From: Armatimonadota bacterium
Lineage (GTDB): Bacteria > Armatimonadota > Armatimonadia > Armatimonadales > Armatimonadaceae
Length of the DNA: 31,943 bases
NCBI GenBank assembly: GCA_043754515.1
Contig: JAYUUO010000191.1
Location: 1 to 31,943 of the forward strand
Reading direction: 5' to 3'
This document shows, piece by piece, positions 18,732 to 27,351 of this stretch (positions are counted from its first letter, which is position 1; every line of letters starts with the position of its first letter). The notes beneath the pieces are model-generated. The model worked only from the letters and a program-made list of their open reading frames with translations. It was not told the DNA's origin and made no database searches. Both the position numbers and the translations under genes were made by a program.

Positions 18732-19757
18732 TTACCGACGGTTCTCGTAGACCCCGAGACAAGCGACGAGGTTGCGCAGGGCGTCTTCCGCGCCGAACGG
18801 TGGTGTCTCGCCGCTCTCGAGAAGCGCGGCGAGTTTCCCCATCGCGAAGAACGCGCCCGGTTCGATCTCGCGCCGCGTCATCCCGTCCTTATTTTGTACA
18901 ATCCAGGCGGAGTAGCCGTCCGCCGTGATAGTGCCCCGGGTGCCAATAAAACGGTACTCGTTGTAGCCCGCGCCCGGCTCCGCGCACCACGTGTCGGTGA
19001 TGAACAAGGTGACGTCTGGCACCAATGACGCCGCCTCCGGGGAGAGCGGTGCCGCCTCCGGGGAGAGCGTCAGAATCGCCGCGCCGTAATCCTCGACGGG
19101 TAGGTGCTTGTGGACGCGGTTGCCCAGCGTACCGTACCCCGCCGTAATTTCGCCGCGTAGCGCGAACCGGGCCAGGTCCACCGCATAGATCGCGTGATCA
19201 ATCCACGCGCCGCCGGGGACCTGTTCGGCGTCCAGCCACCAGGACGGCCCGCCGCTTGCCGCGCCGCGCCAGGGAGCCGGGAGCGGCCCGTGCCCCACCT
19301 GATGGAGGGCGATCACGTCCCCGATCACGCGCGACGCGATTAGTTCGCGCAGCAGTTCCGCGCGCGGGTGTAGCCGTTGCATGCCCTCGAACGAGCCAAA
19401 GAAGCGGCCCGACCGTCTGGCGACTCCTGATAGCGCGTCCGCCTCGTTCTTCGAGCGAGCGAACGGCTTTACGGAGATGACGTGCTTCCCGGCCTGCAAG
19501 GCACGCCCCGACAGGCCGACCGCGTCGCCCGTCTTCGCGCAGACCGCCGCCAGTTCGACACCTGGCACGCCAAGAGCGGCGTCTACGTCGTCCGTGACCA
19601 GCACACCGGGATAGGCCGCGGTTACCTCCGCGCGCCGCCCCGCATCCGGCTCGTAGACCGAAGTAAGTGGCGTTTGCTCCGAGGCATTGCACGTGTTCAG
19701 CACGCCGAACGCCGTGTACCAGTGATCCAGACCCAACACACAAATGCCGAACGCCAT
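18732..19757 (-). CDS. Gfo/Idh/MocA-family oxidoreductase
   Basis: N-terminal Rossmann-like fold, ALQAGKHVISVKP, GGAWIDHAIYAVD and VED. Confidence 0.88.
   Translation of the reverse strand: MAFGICVLGLDHWYTAFGVLNTCNASEQTPLTSVYEPDAGRRAEVTAAYPGVLVTDDVDAALGVPGVELAAVCAKTGDAVGLSGRALQAGKHVISVKPFARSKNEADALSGVARRSGRFFGSFEGMQRLHPRAELLRELIASRVIGDVIALHQVGHGPLPAPWRGAASGGPSWWLDAEQVPGGAWIDHAIYAVDLARFALRGEITAGYGTLGNRVHKHLPVEDYGAAILTLSPEAAPLSPEAASLVPDVTLFITDTWCAEPGAGYNEYRFIGTRGTITADGYSAWIVQNKDGMTRREIEPGAFFAMGKLAALLESGETPPFGAEDALRNLVACLGVYENRR
19030..19069. repeat. In-frame tandem duplication, 21-bp period
   Basis: GCCGCCTCCGGGGAGAGCG at 19030 and 19051, encoding LSPEAAP-LSPEAAS. Confidence 0.85.
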
Positions 19758-20137
19758 TAGTCAACCCCTCCGCTATCCATCGCGCCGCCGCTCAGAGTGC
19801 TCTCGTCCGCGCCCGCCCCGGACGTCTCCTCCTCGATAGCCTCTTCCATCATCGCCTCGAAATCGTCCTCGCCCCCCTCGCCCATGCTGCCCGCCATCTC
19901 CTTGACCAAGCGACGGATCGCCTTCGGGTCGTCGGGGTTTATCGTGTCCGCCATGTCGGTCAGGCTATCGAGCGCGTCGTCCTCGGAGCGCAAACGCCGG
20001 AACCGGGAAACGAGCTTCGACAGTTCGCCGCTCCCGCACCGGGGGCAGACCGGCGCGGTGGCGTGCATCGAAACGCCGACGAGCGCGGAGAACTTGGGCA
20101 GGTGGCAACTGATACAGGAATATTCAAAGATAGGCAT
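19757..20137 (-). CDS. FmdB-family zinc-ribbon regulatory protein
   Basis: MPIFEYSCISC...F..LV...CPRCGS.ELSKLVS. The start is ATG 20137, not 20392. Confidence 0.88.
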   Translation of the reverse strand: MPIFEYSCISCHLPKFSALVGVSMHATAPVCPRCGSGELSKLVSRFRRLRSEDDALDSLTDMADTINPDDPKAIRRLVKEMAGSMGEGGEDDFEAMMEEAIEEETSGAGADESTLSGGAMDSGGVD

Positions 20138-20150
20138 GGCTTGTAACGTA

Positions 20151-21566
20151 TCATACCGGCTCGCACAGCACGGCGAGGAACCGCTTGGCCGCGTCCCGCG
20201 CCAGCACCAGCGTGACCTCGCGCCCCGCGCCGCGCACGGAAACGCCCAGTTCGCGGGCGACCGCGTCCGGCTCGCTCGGGTAGTGCCGCTTTTTGAGCAC
20301 GATCCGCCCGTAATTATTCGCCCGCAACCACGCGCTAACCTTCTTCGGTGCGTAAGGCATTGTCGCCAGCACGCGGTACGCGGACGCGGCACGCGCCAAC
20401 TGCCCGGTCGGGAGCGTGTCGGTCAGGAGATAAGCGTCGTCCGGCGCGGCGAGCACGGCGTTCGTTAGCAGACAGAGTTTATCCATCTCCCCGGCACGGA
20501 TGATCGCCGGGTCGGGGTCGAGGAGGTAAGAGTTCGTGCCCTTGGCGTGCGTGCCCTCTCTCCCCCCGCCCCCCTCTCCCTCCGAAGGGAGAAGGGGGAG
20601 CCGATTCGCGGGGGCGTGACGCACCTCAAGGAGAGTCGCGACACCGGCTCTGGACGCCCCCCTCTCCCTTCGGAGGGAGAGGGGAGCGGGGGGGGAGAGG
20701 GCACGCACTCCGAGGCTCCACGGCGCAAGCCCGTCGCCTAGCAACACCGCCGCGAACTCGTCCCCCGCGCCGCTCGCGCCGACCGCCTCGCCGAACCAGA
20801 CACAGGCTTCTTTGCACTCGCGGTTCTCGGACAAGAACTCGACACGGGACGGTGCCAATTCGCGCAACACGTCGTCGGGCAGGGCGGGGGAAAGCTTGGC
20901 ACATCCGCCGCGCACGTGTTCGCGCACGGTCTGGAGGAAATCGAGCGGCGGGGCGTACCGGTCGCCGTGGCGGGAAACGCGCCGTATGTCCCCCCCGCCC
21001 TCCGAAGTCAACCGGCGCGCGGGATCGAAAAAGGCGGACTGGGCAGTCGTGGCCCAGCCGAGTGCCTCGACTGGCTCGTTCAGAAACAGAATGCGGTCCG
21101 CCACGCCGCGTATTTCGGCGTTGGCGCGGGCGAAGATTAGCCGCACCGGGTCAATGTCAACGGCGATCACGTCCGCCCCGGCCTCGGCGAGCGCGATGGC
21201 GTCAACACCCGCCCCGCAACACAGGTCGGCGACGGTATGAAAGCGGGCGAGGCAACTCGCGCGGTACGCGGCGAGGGTCGGGGAGGTCGCCTGCGCCAGG
21301 GCATCCTCGGTAAAAAAAAGCCGGTCGGCGTCGGCGAACCCGCGCCGCTTCGCCCGTTCCCGCGCCACGACGATCTCCACGGCGAGCCGCGCGATTTCGG
21401 GGAGCTCCTTGCCGTGCAACGCCAGAAGCCGCGTCGCCACATCGCCTTTCAGGGACGCCGCGCGCTGTAGCACCGCCCGCCCGGAGTCGCCGGTCAGGAA
21501 GTGAGCGGCGTCTTGCTCAACGGTCGGTTCCCCAAAGGCGGTGCTACTGGAAGTGTCACTTCGCAT
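20151..21566 (-). CDS. Class I SAM methyltransferase with THUMP-like C-terminal domain
   Basis: LFFTEDALAQAT, ADLCCGAGVD, FFDPARR, AKLSP, YLLDPDPAIIRAG and IVLKKR. Start is ATG 21566, because the ORF-track extension runs into the tRNA. Confidence 0.85.
   Translation of the reverse strand: MRSDTSSSTAFGEPTVEQDAAHFLTGDSGRAVLQRAASLKGDVATRLLALHGKELPEIARLAVEIVVARERAKRRGFADADRLFFTEDALAQATSPTLAAYRASCLARFHTVADLCCGAGVDAIALAEAGADVIAVDIDPVRLIFARANAEIRGVADRILFLNEPVEALGWATTAQSAFFDPARRLTSEGGGDIRRVSRHGDRYAPPLDFLQTVREHVRGGCAKLSPALPDDVLRELAPSRVEFLSENRECKEACVWFGEAVGASGAGDEFAAVLLGDGLAPWSLGVRALSPPAPLSLRRERGASRAGVATLLEVRHAPANRLPLLPSEGEGGGGREGTHAKGTNSYLLDPDPAIIRAGEMDKLCLLTNAVLAAPDDAYLLTDTLPTGQLARAASAYRVLATMPYAPKKVSAWLRANNYGRIVLKKRHYPSEPDAVARELGVSVRGAGREVTLVLARDAAKRFLAVLCEPV
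20547..20708. repeat. REP-like inverted pair inserted in-frame in the methyltransferase gene
   Basis: GTGCGTGCCCTCTC..CTCTCCCTCCGAAGGGAGA and its near-perfect reverse complement. Total length 162 bp. Confidence 0.9.
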
Positions 21567-21571
21567 GGCGG

Positions 21572-21615
21572 CAAAAAAGCAAAAAACGCCGCCGGTAGTT
21601 GCTACCAACGACGTT
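21572..21615 (-). terminator. Intrinsic terminator after tRNA-Leu
   Basis: Minus strand AACGTCGTTGGTAG-CAA-CTACCGGCGGCGTT followed by TTTTGCTTTTTT. Confidence 0.8.
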
Positions 21616-21625
21616 CCGGGGGGTA

Positions 21626-21706
21626 TGCCGAGAATGGGACTTGAACCCATATGCCTTGCGGCACAACGACCTCAACGTTGCGCGTCTGCCATTTCGCCAC
21701 CTCGGC
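21626..21706 (-). tRNA. tRNA-Leu(GAG), CCA not encoded
   Basis: Acceptor stem GCCGAGG/TCTCGGC, anticodon arm CAACG-TTGAGGT-CGTTG, long variable arm TGCCGCAAGGCA, and T-arm ATGGG-TTCAAGT-CCCAT. Confidence 0.96.
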
Positions 21707-21717
21707 GCACGGGAGAA

Positions 21718-21746
21718 AGTATATCGCGCGGTGGGGGCGGTGTCAA
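21718..21746 (-). promoter_or_regulatory. Sigma70 promoter of tRNA-Leu
   Basis: TTGACA-N17-TATACT. Confidence 0.85.
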
Positions 21747-21763
21747 GGCACGATGGGGCGATT

Positions 21764-21846
21764 GTAGGGCGGGCGCATCTAGATCGTCGGCCACCCCGAC
21801 CGCCCGACCAAACGTGGGTGGCCGACGATTTAGATGCGCCCGCCCT
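21764..21846. repeat. GTAG-type REP-like inverted repeat
   Basis: 31-bp arms at 21766-21796 and 21816-21846 (one mismatch). The left arm begins GTAGGGCGGGCGCATC. Confidence 0.8.
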
Positions 21847-21870
21847 CATTCACCTCTAGCACGGATGAAC

Positions 21871-22683
21871 CTACACTTCTAGCACGATAGTGGTGCCGCC
21901 CGCGCCGGTGAGTAGGTGTGCGCGACGGCTGGTAGAGATAATCAGGGCAAACCCCTGGCCTAGAGTGCCTTTCGAGGAGAATCCCGCCTCTAGAGTCGCC
22001 CGGTGGAGCATCGCGTCGTCAATGCCGGGACCCTTGTCGCGTATCCACAGTTGCATCCGCCCCCGAGAAGCGTCGGAGCGTATTTCGGCGGTCCCGCACC
22101 GGGCGTGTACCACCGCGTTCAATGCCGCCTCAGACCCCGCCATCACTAGCTCGCCGATAGCCGCGGTGTTCAATCCCGCGCCCTGTGCCGTTTTTCGGAT
22201 TCGGGCGCGCAGTTCGTACAGTTTCGCCGGAGACAGAGCGATAGCGGTCTCGCCTGGCGCAAGCGGAAGCGGGTTGGGCAGATCGGAGGCCGACTCGCAT
22301 AGATGCAGACGGCGATCCGTGGCGGTAGCGAGTACTTCGCGCAAAAAGGTGCGCCGCTTCTTCTCTACCATGCCAATAACCCCGACCCATGTTTCGCGTT
22401 CATGCTTGTACCGTTTCAGTCGCTCCTCAACGTGTCGGAGCCAGCAACCGCTCCCGACCGCGAACGAGCCGAATGTCATCGCTTCCATCAAATACTCCTG
22501 GCTCTGCTCCGAGCCGATAACGCCGAATCTTCCCGTGGCGTATATTCAGGACAGTAACAGGATGCTGGCAGTGCCCGCCAGCAATCCTCCGAACGAACGG
22601 GCCGCGAAAAAGATGGCCGGTACAACGATCAATAGGGACGGCGGCAACTCTATAGAACCTTTCTGTGATTTATCGGATAACAC
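21871..22683 (-). pseudogene. Membrane sensor (DUF4118-like) + RsbW/RsbT-like HATPase kinase, interrupted by an in-frame TGA
   Basis: SEAALNAVVH, IRDKGPGI, GTLGQGF and GTTIVL. The frame continues upstream of 22491 through a TGA at 22546-22548 into a hydrophobic segment (LLIVVPAIFFAARSFGGLLAGTASILLLS*IY). The 21871-22491 portion may still be expressed. Confidence 0.6.
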
Positions 22684-22811
22684 ATGCGATTAGTTGGCTA
22701 ACGTTGAGCCAACCCCAAGACGCCGATCCCGGTTATTCGTTGCCTCGTTCCTACCCGAGGTTTCAAACGTCCCCCGATTCTCAAAGCTTCCTTTCCGAAG
22801 GCGGGATGCCG

Positions 22812-23204
22812 CTAAGACTTGCCGTACAGTTCGTCGGGCGGTGTCACAACGGGCGCGATCTCGGCCCACTCCCCCGCGCCGTCCGCCTCGCGGTAGTAAC
22901 AGGACTCGTGTCCCGTGTGGCAGGTAGGTCCGACCGGCGCGGCGAGAATCAAGAGCGAGTTGTTTTCGCAGTTGACCCGCACCGCTTTAACGTGAAGAAA
23001 CATGCCGCTGGTCTCGCCTTTGAGCCAGAACTTCTGCCGCGACCGACTCCAGAAACAGACCCTGCCTTCGGACACCGTGCGCATCAGCGCGTCGCGGTTC
23101 ATGAAGCCCAGCATCAGGACATCCTTTGTCTCGAAGTGCTGGATGATCGCAGGGATCAACCCGTTCTCATCAAACTTAAGCGATTGTACCGGAAAACTAT
23201 TCAT
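22812..23204 (-). CDS. hisI: Phosphoribosyl-AMP cyclohydrolase
   Basis: LKFDENGLIPAIIQ, VLMLGFMN, FWSRSRQKFWLKGETSG and CHTGHESC. Start is ATG 23204. Confidence 0.93.
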   Translation of the reverse strand: MNSFPVQSLKFDENGLIPAIIQHFETKDVLMLGFMNRDALMRTVSEGRVCFWSRSRQKFWLKGETSGMFLHVKAVRVNCENNSLLILAAPVGPTCHTGHESCYYREADGAGEWAEIAPVVTPPDELYGKS

Positions 23205-23217
23205 ACTGTCTACTTCT

Positions 23218-23814
23218 CTACCCTTCGGATAGGCGGTATTTTCTAACACCCCCGCCGTCCGTTTGCGCAACCCGCCACAGAGCAGCTTCGTACCGCCCGC
23301 CGAAGTCCACCCGCGTAATGTCTTTGAAGCGGTATTGCGCGGGAGCTTCGTCCCATTCCGCTTTCGGGCTGATCTCCCGGAGCAGAAGTGCCCTTCTTTT
23401 CAAGCCAGCGATGCGTCCGATGAACAACCGATCCGGCACCTTCCGAGCGACTTCCACGGCGATCAGCGGGAAGTGGACGTCGGCGGAAGAAAGCAGTGAA
23501 GGGAAGTCGTCCAGGCTGATGCCGTTGGGAGGAGACGGTGCATCCCCATAGAGTGTCAGGGCACGCGCTAAAAATGCATCACTTGCCGCTTCTACGCCCC
23601 TGACTTCCGAAATCGGAAATACGGAGTAGCCATCAAGAAAGACGTCCTTGTTGACGACTTGCAACAACGCGAAATCGTCCGTCAATCCAAAAACATAGCC
23701 ATAGTTCCAGTAATCCCATTCCACTCGCGTGTAGAAGCGTATCATTTCGCCGCTCGCCCGCGCCGCCGCGAGCGCGTCGTGCCGCTCCAGCCGCTTTTGT
23801 TTCTTCGCTTTCAT
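23218..23814 (-). CDS. Hypothetical protein with two Sm/beta-barrel-like repeats
   Basis: 198-aa ORF with an ATGA overlap with hisF. Internal repeat: [22 protein letters not shown] and [23 protein letters not shown]. Confidence 0.65.
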   Translation of the reverse strand: MKAKKQKRLERHDALAAARASGEMIRFYTRVEWDYWNYGYVFGLTDDFALLQVVNKDVFLDGYSVFPISEVRGVEAASDAFLARALTLYGDAPSPPNGISLDDFPSLLSSADVHFPLIAVEVARKVPDRLFIGRIAGLKRRALLLREISPKAEWDEAPAQYRFKDITRVDFGGRYEAALWRVAQTDGGGVRKYRLSEG

Positions 23815-24596
23815 GAGACCTGTATCGCCGCAATGCCGCGCATCGGTAAACCCCGCCCGGCAAGGTACGACTTTATCTCGCCGATGGTGAACTCACCGTA
23901 GTGCAGGATTGAGGAGAGCAACACCGCCGACGCGCCGCCGTCCGTCAGCGCGTCGTACAGATGGGCCGGAGTGCCCGCGCCCCCGGAGGCGATCACGGGG
24001 ATTGGGACGAGATCGGCGACGGCGCGGGTGAGCGGCAGGTCATACCCGGCTTTCGTACCGTCCGCATCCATTGAGGTGAGCAGTATCTCGCCCGCGCCGA
24101 GCGCGTGAACCCGTTCCGCCCACTCGAGCGCGTCAATACCGGTGGGAGTCCGCCCACCATGCACGTGGACCTCGTACCCGCTCGGCGTGTTGCCGGTGCG
24201 CTTGGGGTCAATGGCGATCACCACGCACTGCGAGCCGAATCGCTCTGCCGCTTCGCGGATCAGATCAGGGGTTTTGATGGCAGCACTGTTGATCGAAACT
24301 TTGTCCGCGCCCGCCGCTAGAATACGCCGGAAGTCTTCCACGCACGCGATCCCGCCGCCGACCGTGAACGGGATGAATACCTGTTCGGCGACGCGGGCGG
24401 CGAGGTCGAAGATCAAACCGCGCCCGTCGGAACTCGCGGTGATATCAAGAAAAACCAGCTCGTCCGCCCCACTCTCGCCGTACGCGCGGGCGAGGGATAC
24501 CGGGTCACCGGCGTCCTTGAGAGCGAGGAAGTTGACGCCTTTCACGACGCGCCCGTTCTGGACATCGAGACAGGGGATGATTCGGCGGGAGAGCAT
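23811..24596 (-). CDS. hisF: Imidazole glycerol phosphate synthase cyclase subunit
   Basis: [45 protein letters not shown] and PVIASGGAG. Confidence 0.97.
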   Translation of the reverse strand: MLSRRIIPCLDVQNGRVVKGVNFLALKDAGDPVSLARAYGESGADELVFLDITASSDGRGLIFDLAARVAEQVFIPFTVGGGIACVEDFRRILAAGADKVSINSAAIKTPDLIREAAERFGSQCVVIAIDPKRTGNTPSGYEVHVHGGRTPTGIDALEWAERVHALGAGEILLTSMDADGTKAGYDLPLTRAVADLVPIPVIASGGAGTPAHLYDALTDGGASAVLLSSILHYGEFTIGEIKSYLAGRGLPMRGIAAIQVS

Positions 24597-24633
24597 AGGC
24601 TGGTATTGTACCGCACGGCGGGCAGGGAGTGAG

Positions 24634-24704
24634 AGCCGCGCCCGGTACCTCCCCCCCCTCTCCGGGACTGAGAGGGGGGGTGGGGTGAGGTACCGGGGCG
24701 GGCT
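24634..24704. repeat. Single REP-like palindromic element
   Basis: Minus strand CCTCACCCCACCCCCCCTCTC-agtcccg-GAGAGGGGGGG, enclosed by the inverted repeat CCGGTACCTC/GAGGTACCGG. Confidence 0.8.
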
Positions 24705-24713
24705 TACGCGGCC

Positions 24714-25715
24714 CTAATCTTTCGCCCAGAACATCGGCCCCGGTTGCTCGGAGATGTTGACCCGTTTCAGGACGTCAAGTGCCTTATCTAGCCCCTCCTT
24801 CGTGGAGAGCATCCCGTCCTCGTGCTCGATGGATAGGACATAATCGTAGCCTATGATGCGCAGGTTGGTGACGAAATCCTTCCACCACGCTTCGTCGTGC
24901 CCGTAGCCCACCGAGCGAAATACCCAGGAACGCGCCGCGACATCGCCGTACGATTTCGTGTCCAAGTTGCCGTTGATGGCCGAATTGATGGGGTCAATGC
25001 GCGTATCCTTGGCATGGGCGTGGAACACCGCGCCCGCCTTGCCCAGCTCGCGAACAGCCACCAGCGGGTCAATTCCCTGCCACCAGAAGTGGGACGGGTC
25101 GAAGTTGCACCCGATGTTATCGCCCGCCGCCTTGCGCAGTCGGAGCAGGGTGTCTGGGTTGTAGACCAGAAATCCAGGGTGCGCCTCGATAGCGAACTTG
25201 ACCCCGTGCTGTTTCAGGAATCGGTTCTGCGAACGCCAGTATCGCCCGGCGACCTTCCACTGGTAGTCGAGCACTTCGCGGTACTCGTCGGGCCAGGCGC
25301 ATGTCACCCAGTTCGGGTTTTTGGCGCGGGGCGAGTCGCCGGGACAGCCGCTGAAACCGTTCACGATCGCCTGCGGCATGATCCCATCACCAGCCAATTT
25401 TTCGGCGAGTAGCACCGCGTTGTGGAATGCGTCTTCGTGTTCGTGCTGGATGGCGCGGTTCGGGTGGAGGGGGTTCCCATGTACGGACACGGCGGAGATG
25501 ATCAGCCCGCGCGACTTCACCGCGTTCACCAGTTTCGCCCGCTTCGCGTCGTCCTGCGCCAGCGCGACGATGCCGCCGAAGTCGTCCAAATGGCGCGAGC
25601 CGGGGTAGGCACCGCCGCCTAGCTCCACCGATTCGATGCCCGCGGCCGCGATATAGTCTAGTGCTTCCTCCAGGGGGCGGTCATGGAAAAGCGCGGTAAA
25701 AATGCCGATCTTCAT
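24714..25715 (-). CDS. Sugar phosphate isomerase/epimerase (AP endonuclease 2 TIM barrel)
   Basis: HGNPLHP, FSGCPG, IEAHPG, NFDPSH, FHAHAKD, W.FRSVGYGH and LSIEHED. Confidence 0.9.
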   Translation of the reverse strand: MKIGIFTALFHDRPLEEALDYIAAAGIESVELGGGAYPGSRHLDDFGGIVALAQDDAKRAKLVNAVKSRGLIISAVSVHGNPLHPNRAIQHEHEDAFHNAVLLAEKLAGDGIMPQAIVNGFSGCPGDSPRAKNPNWVTCAWPDEYREVLDYQWKVAGRYWRSQNRFLKQHGVKFAIEAHPGFLVYNPDTLLRLRKAAGDNIGCNFDPSHFWWQGIDPLVAVRELGKAGAVFHAHAKDTRIDPINSAINGNLDTKSYGDVAARSWVFRSVGYGHDEAWWKDFVTNLRIIGYDYVLSIEHEDGMLSTKEGLDKALDVLKRVNISEQPGPMFWAKD

Positions 25716-25876
25716 GCGATTTGTATGTCCTTGAAGCGCGTTACGGTCTGATTGACACGCCGCGCCGTAGTTTGCGCCGATTGTAACACGTTGGGCGGAA
25801 TTGTGTCTATTAGAGGGTTCGTGCCTTGTTCGAGACGGAGAAGTGCTGCGTTCGGTTGGACGTTGTGTTTGTGGCC

Positions 25877-26160
25877 GCGGATGAGGCGGGCTAGTGGTTG
25901 TCGGGTGCCCCCACCCCTTATTCTTACCCTGTCACTCCAGGACAGTCGCTTATCGGGCTGGTGGTTGTCGGGTGCCCCCACCCCCCCGGCCCCCCTCCCC
26001 CGCTACGCAGGAGAGGGGGGAGGAAATACGAGAAGACTCTGAGTTGTCAGGGATCTTCCTCACCAGGCAAATCCGCATCTACTCCCCCCTCTCCTGCGTA
26101 GCGGGAGAGGGGGGCCGGGGGGGTGGGGGCACCCGACAACCACTAGCCCGCCTCGTCCAC
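25877..26160. repeat. Composite REP-like element: one truncated direct copy plus an inverted pair
   Basis: GGGCT(A/G)GTGGTTGTCGGGTGCCCCCACCCC occurs at about 25888 and 25955, and inverted at about 26120-26149. The ~69-bp arms at 25954-26022 and 26082-26150 each contain a CCCTC(T/C)CC...GGAGAGGG hairpin. Confidence 0.9.
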
Positions 26161-27003
26161 CCCGAGCGCGGCGGGCGCGACATTCTTGCTGTTCATAAAC
26201 GCCAGTGCGAGCAGGGTGAGGATGTAGGGCAAAAGCGTCAGGAAGTCGGGCGGGATGTGCAAACGCCCGTCGGTCTGGAGTGCCTGTTGCAGGGCATCCC
26301 CGAGCGCGAAGACGAGCGCGGCGAGCGCGGCACCGAGCGGGTTCCACCGCCCGAAGATCACCGCCGCTAGCGCGACATAGCCGCGCCCCGCCGTCATATT
26401 CGGGCGGAACGCGCCCAGCCCCGCGAGCGCGAGCGCGACCCCGGCAAGCCCCGCCAGCGCGCCCGACGCGATCACCGCGCCGTAGCGGAGCGCGGAAACG
26501 TCCACGCCCGCCGCCCGCGCCGCCGCCGGGTTCTCGCCGCTCGCCCGCAAACGTAGCCCGAGCGCGGTCCGGCTCAACACGAAGAATAACGCGCCGACAG
26601 CGGCAAAGGCTAACGTGGTGGTCACCCAGTCAGGCACCGTCGCCTTTGTGTCCATCGTCCCACTCGGGTCGGAGCGCGTCGCGAATGTCGCGGCGTACGT
26701 GGTGAACCCGAGCAGTCCCAGATTCAGCGCGACCCCGCTCAGGATGTGCGCGACCCGCAGTTTTTGGGTGAACAGCGCGTGGAGCAGACCCACGAAAGCC
26801 CCGGCGGCGATCCCGGCGAGCACGCCGACAAATGCCGAGCCGGTCGCCCGCGCCGCCGCGACGGACGCGAAACAGCCCGCGAGCATCATCGCTTCTAGCG
26901 CGATATTGACCACCCCCGCGCGCTCCGACAGCACCCCGCCCATCGCGGCGAGCGCGAGCGGCGTCCACAAACGCAGGGTCGCCGTTAAAAGCGAGAGAAA
27001 CAC
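26143..27003 (-). CDS. ABC transporter permease (nucleoside/sugar, YufQ/RnsD-like)
   Basis: SERAGVVNIALEAMML, GLRLRASGENP.AA..AGV, MTAGRGYVALAAVIFGRWNP and LPYILT. Confidence 0.9.
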   Translation of the reverse strand: MFLSLLTATLRLWTPLALAAMGGVLSERAGVVNIALEAMMLAGCFASVAAARATGSAFVGVLAGIAAGAFVGLLHALFTQKLRVAHILSGVALNLGLLGFTTYAATFATRSDPSGTMDTKATVPDWVTTTLAFAAVGALFFVLSRTALGLRLRASGENPAAARAAGVDVSALRYGAVIASGALAGLAGVALALAGLGAFRPNMTAGRGYVALAAVIFGRWNPLGAALAALVFALGDALQQALQTDGRLHIPPDFLTLLPYILTLLALAFMNSKNVAPAALGVDEAG

Positions 27004-27024
27004 GGGGCGGGATCGGCTCCCGCC

Positions 27025-27318
27025 CTAGGTCCCGCGCCCGAGGTAGGCGGGGCGCGGCTCGGCGTCGTTCTCGTCGTTGATCGTGTCGGGGAGCGGGCCG
27101 GTAATAGACACGCCGGTGGTGGACAGGTCCGCGATGGCGCGCCCGACCTCCTCCGCCGAACCCGTCAGACGTAGCTCCATCCAGCCGCCGGCCTCGCTGA
27201 CAATAGCGCGGCGGATGACCACGTCCAGTCGGAACTTTTTCGCCAGGGGGGTGACGAGCGGCGTGTCGTACATCGCCTGAGAGAAAGAGAGGTTATAGAT
27301 TTCGCTGATAGTTCGCAT
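27025..27318 (-). CDS. Stand-alone NIL-domain protein
   Basis: PLV..LAKKFRLDVVIRRA.V....GWMELRLTG..EEV.RAI..L...GV. Confidence 0.75.
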   Translation of the reverse strand: MRTISEIYNLSFSQAMYDTPLVTPLAKKFRLDVVIRRAIVSEAGGWMELRLTGSAEEVGRAIADLSTTGVSITGPLPDTINDENDAEPRPAYLGRGT

Positions 27319-27351
27319 GTTTTAACTTAACTCGGCGTCGCCCGGTCGCCG

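Noticed and set aside
20151..21566. Methyltransferase as cognate DNA MTase for the REase-like gene
   Set aside because: It is a THUMP-like class I enzyme more consistent with RNA methylation, lies 6 kb away, and is host-like in composition.
21626..21706. tRNA-Leu as an integration site for an island
   Set aside because: No integrase and no duplicated tRNA 3' end seen in the window.
22546..22548. TGA as selenocysteine or recoded codon
   Set aside because: It lies in a TM-like segment with no Cys-motif context, and TGA is a normal stop in many genes here.
25712..25981. 89-aa minus-strand ORF upstream of the isomerase
   Set aside because: It begins inside the REP element and covers the probable isomerase promoter (TAGACA-N18-TACAAT).
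25877..26160. CRISPR array
   Set aside because: Only three copies, in mixed orientation, with no regular spacers and no cas genes.
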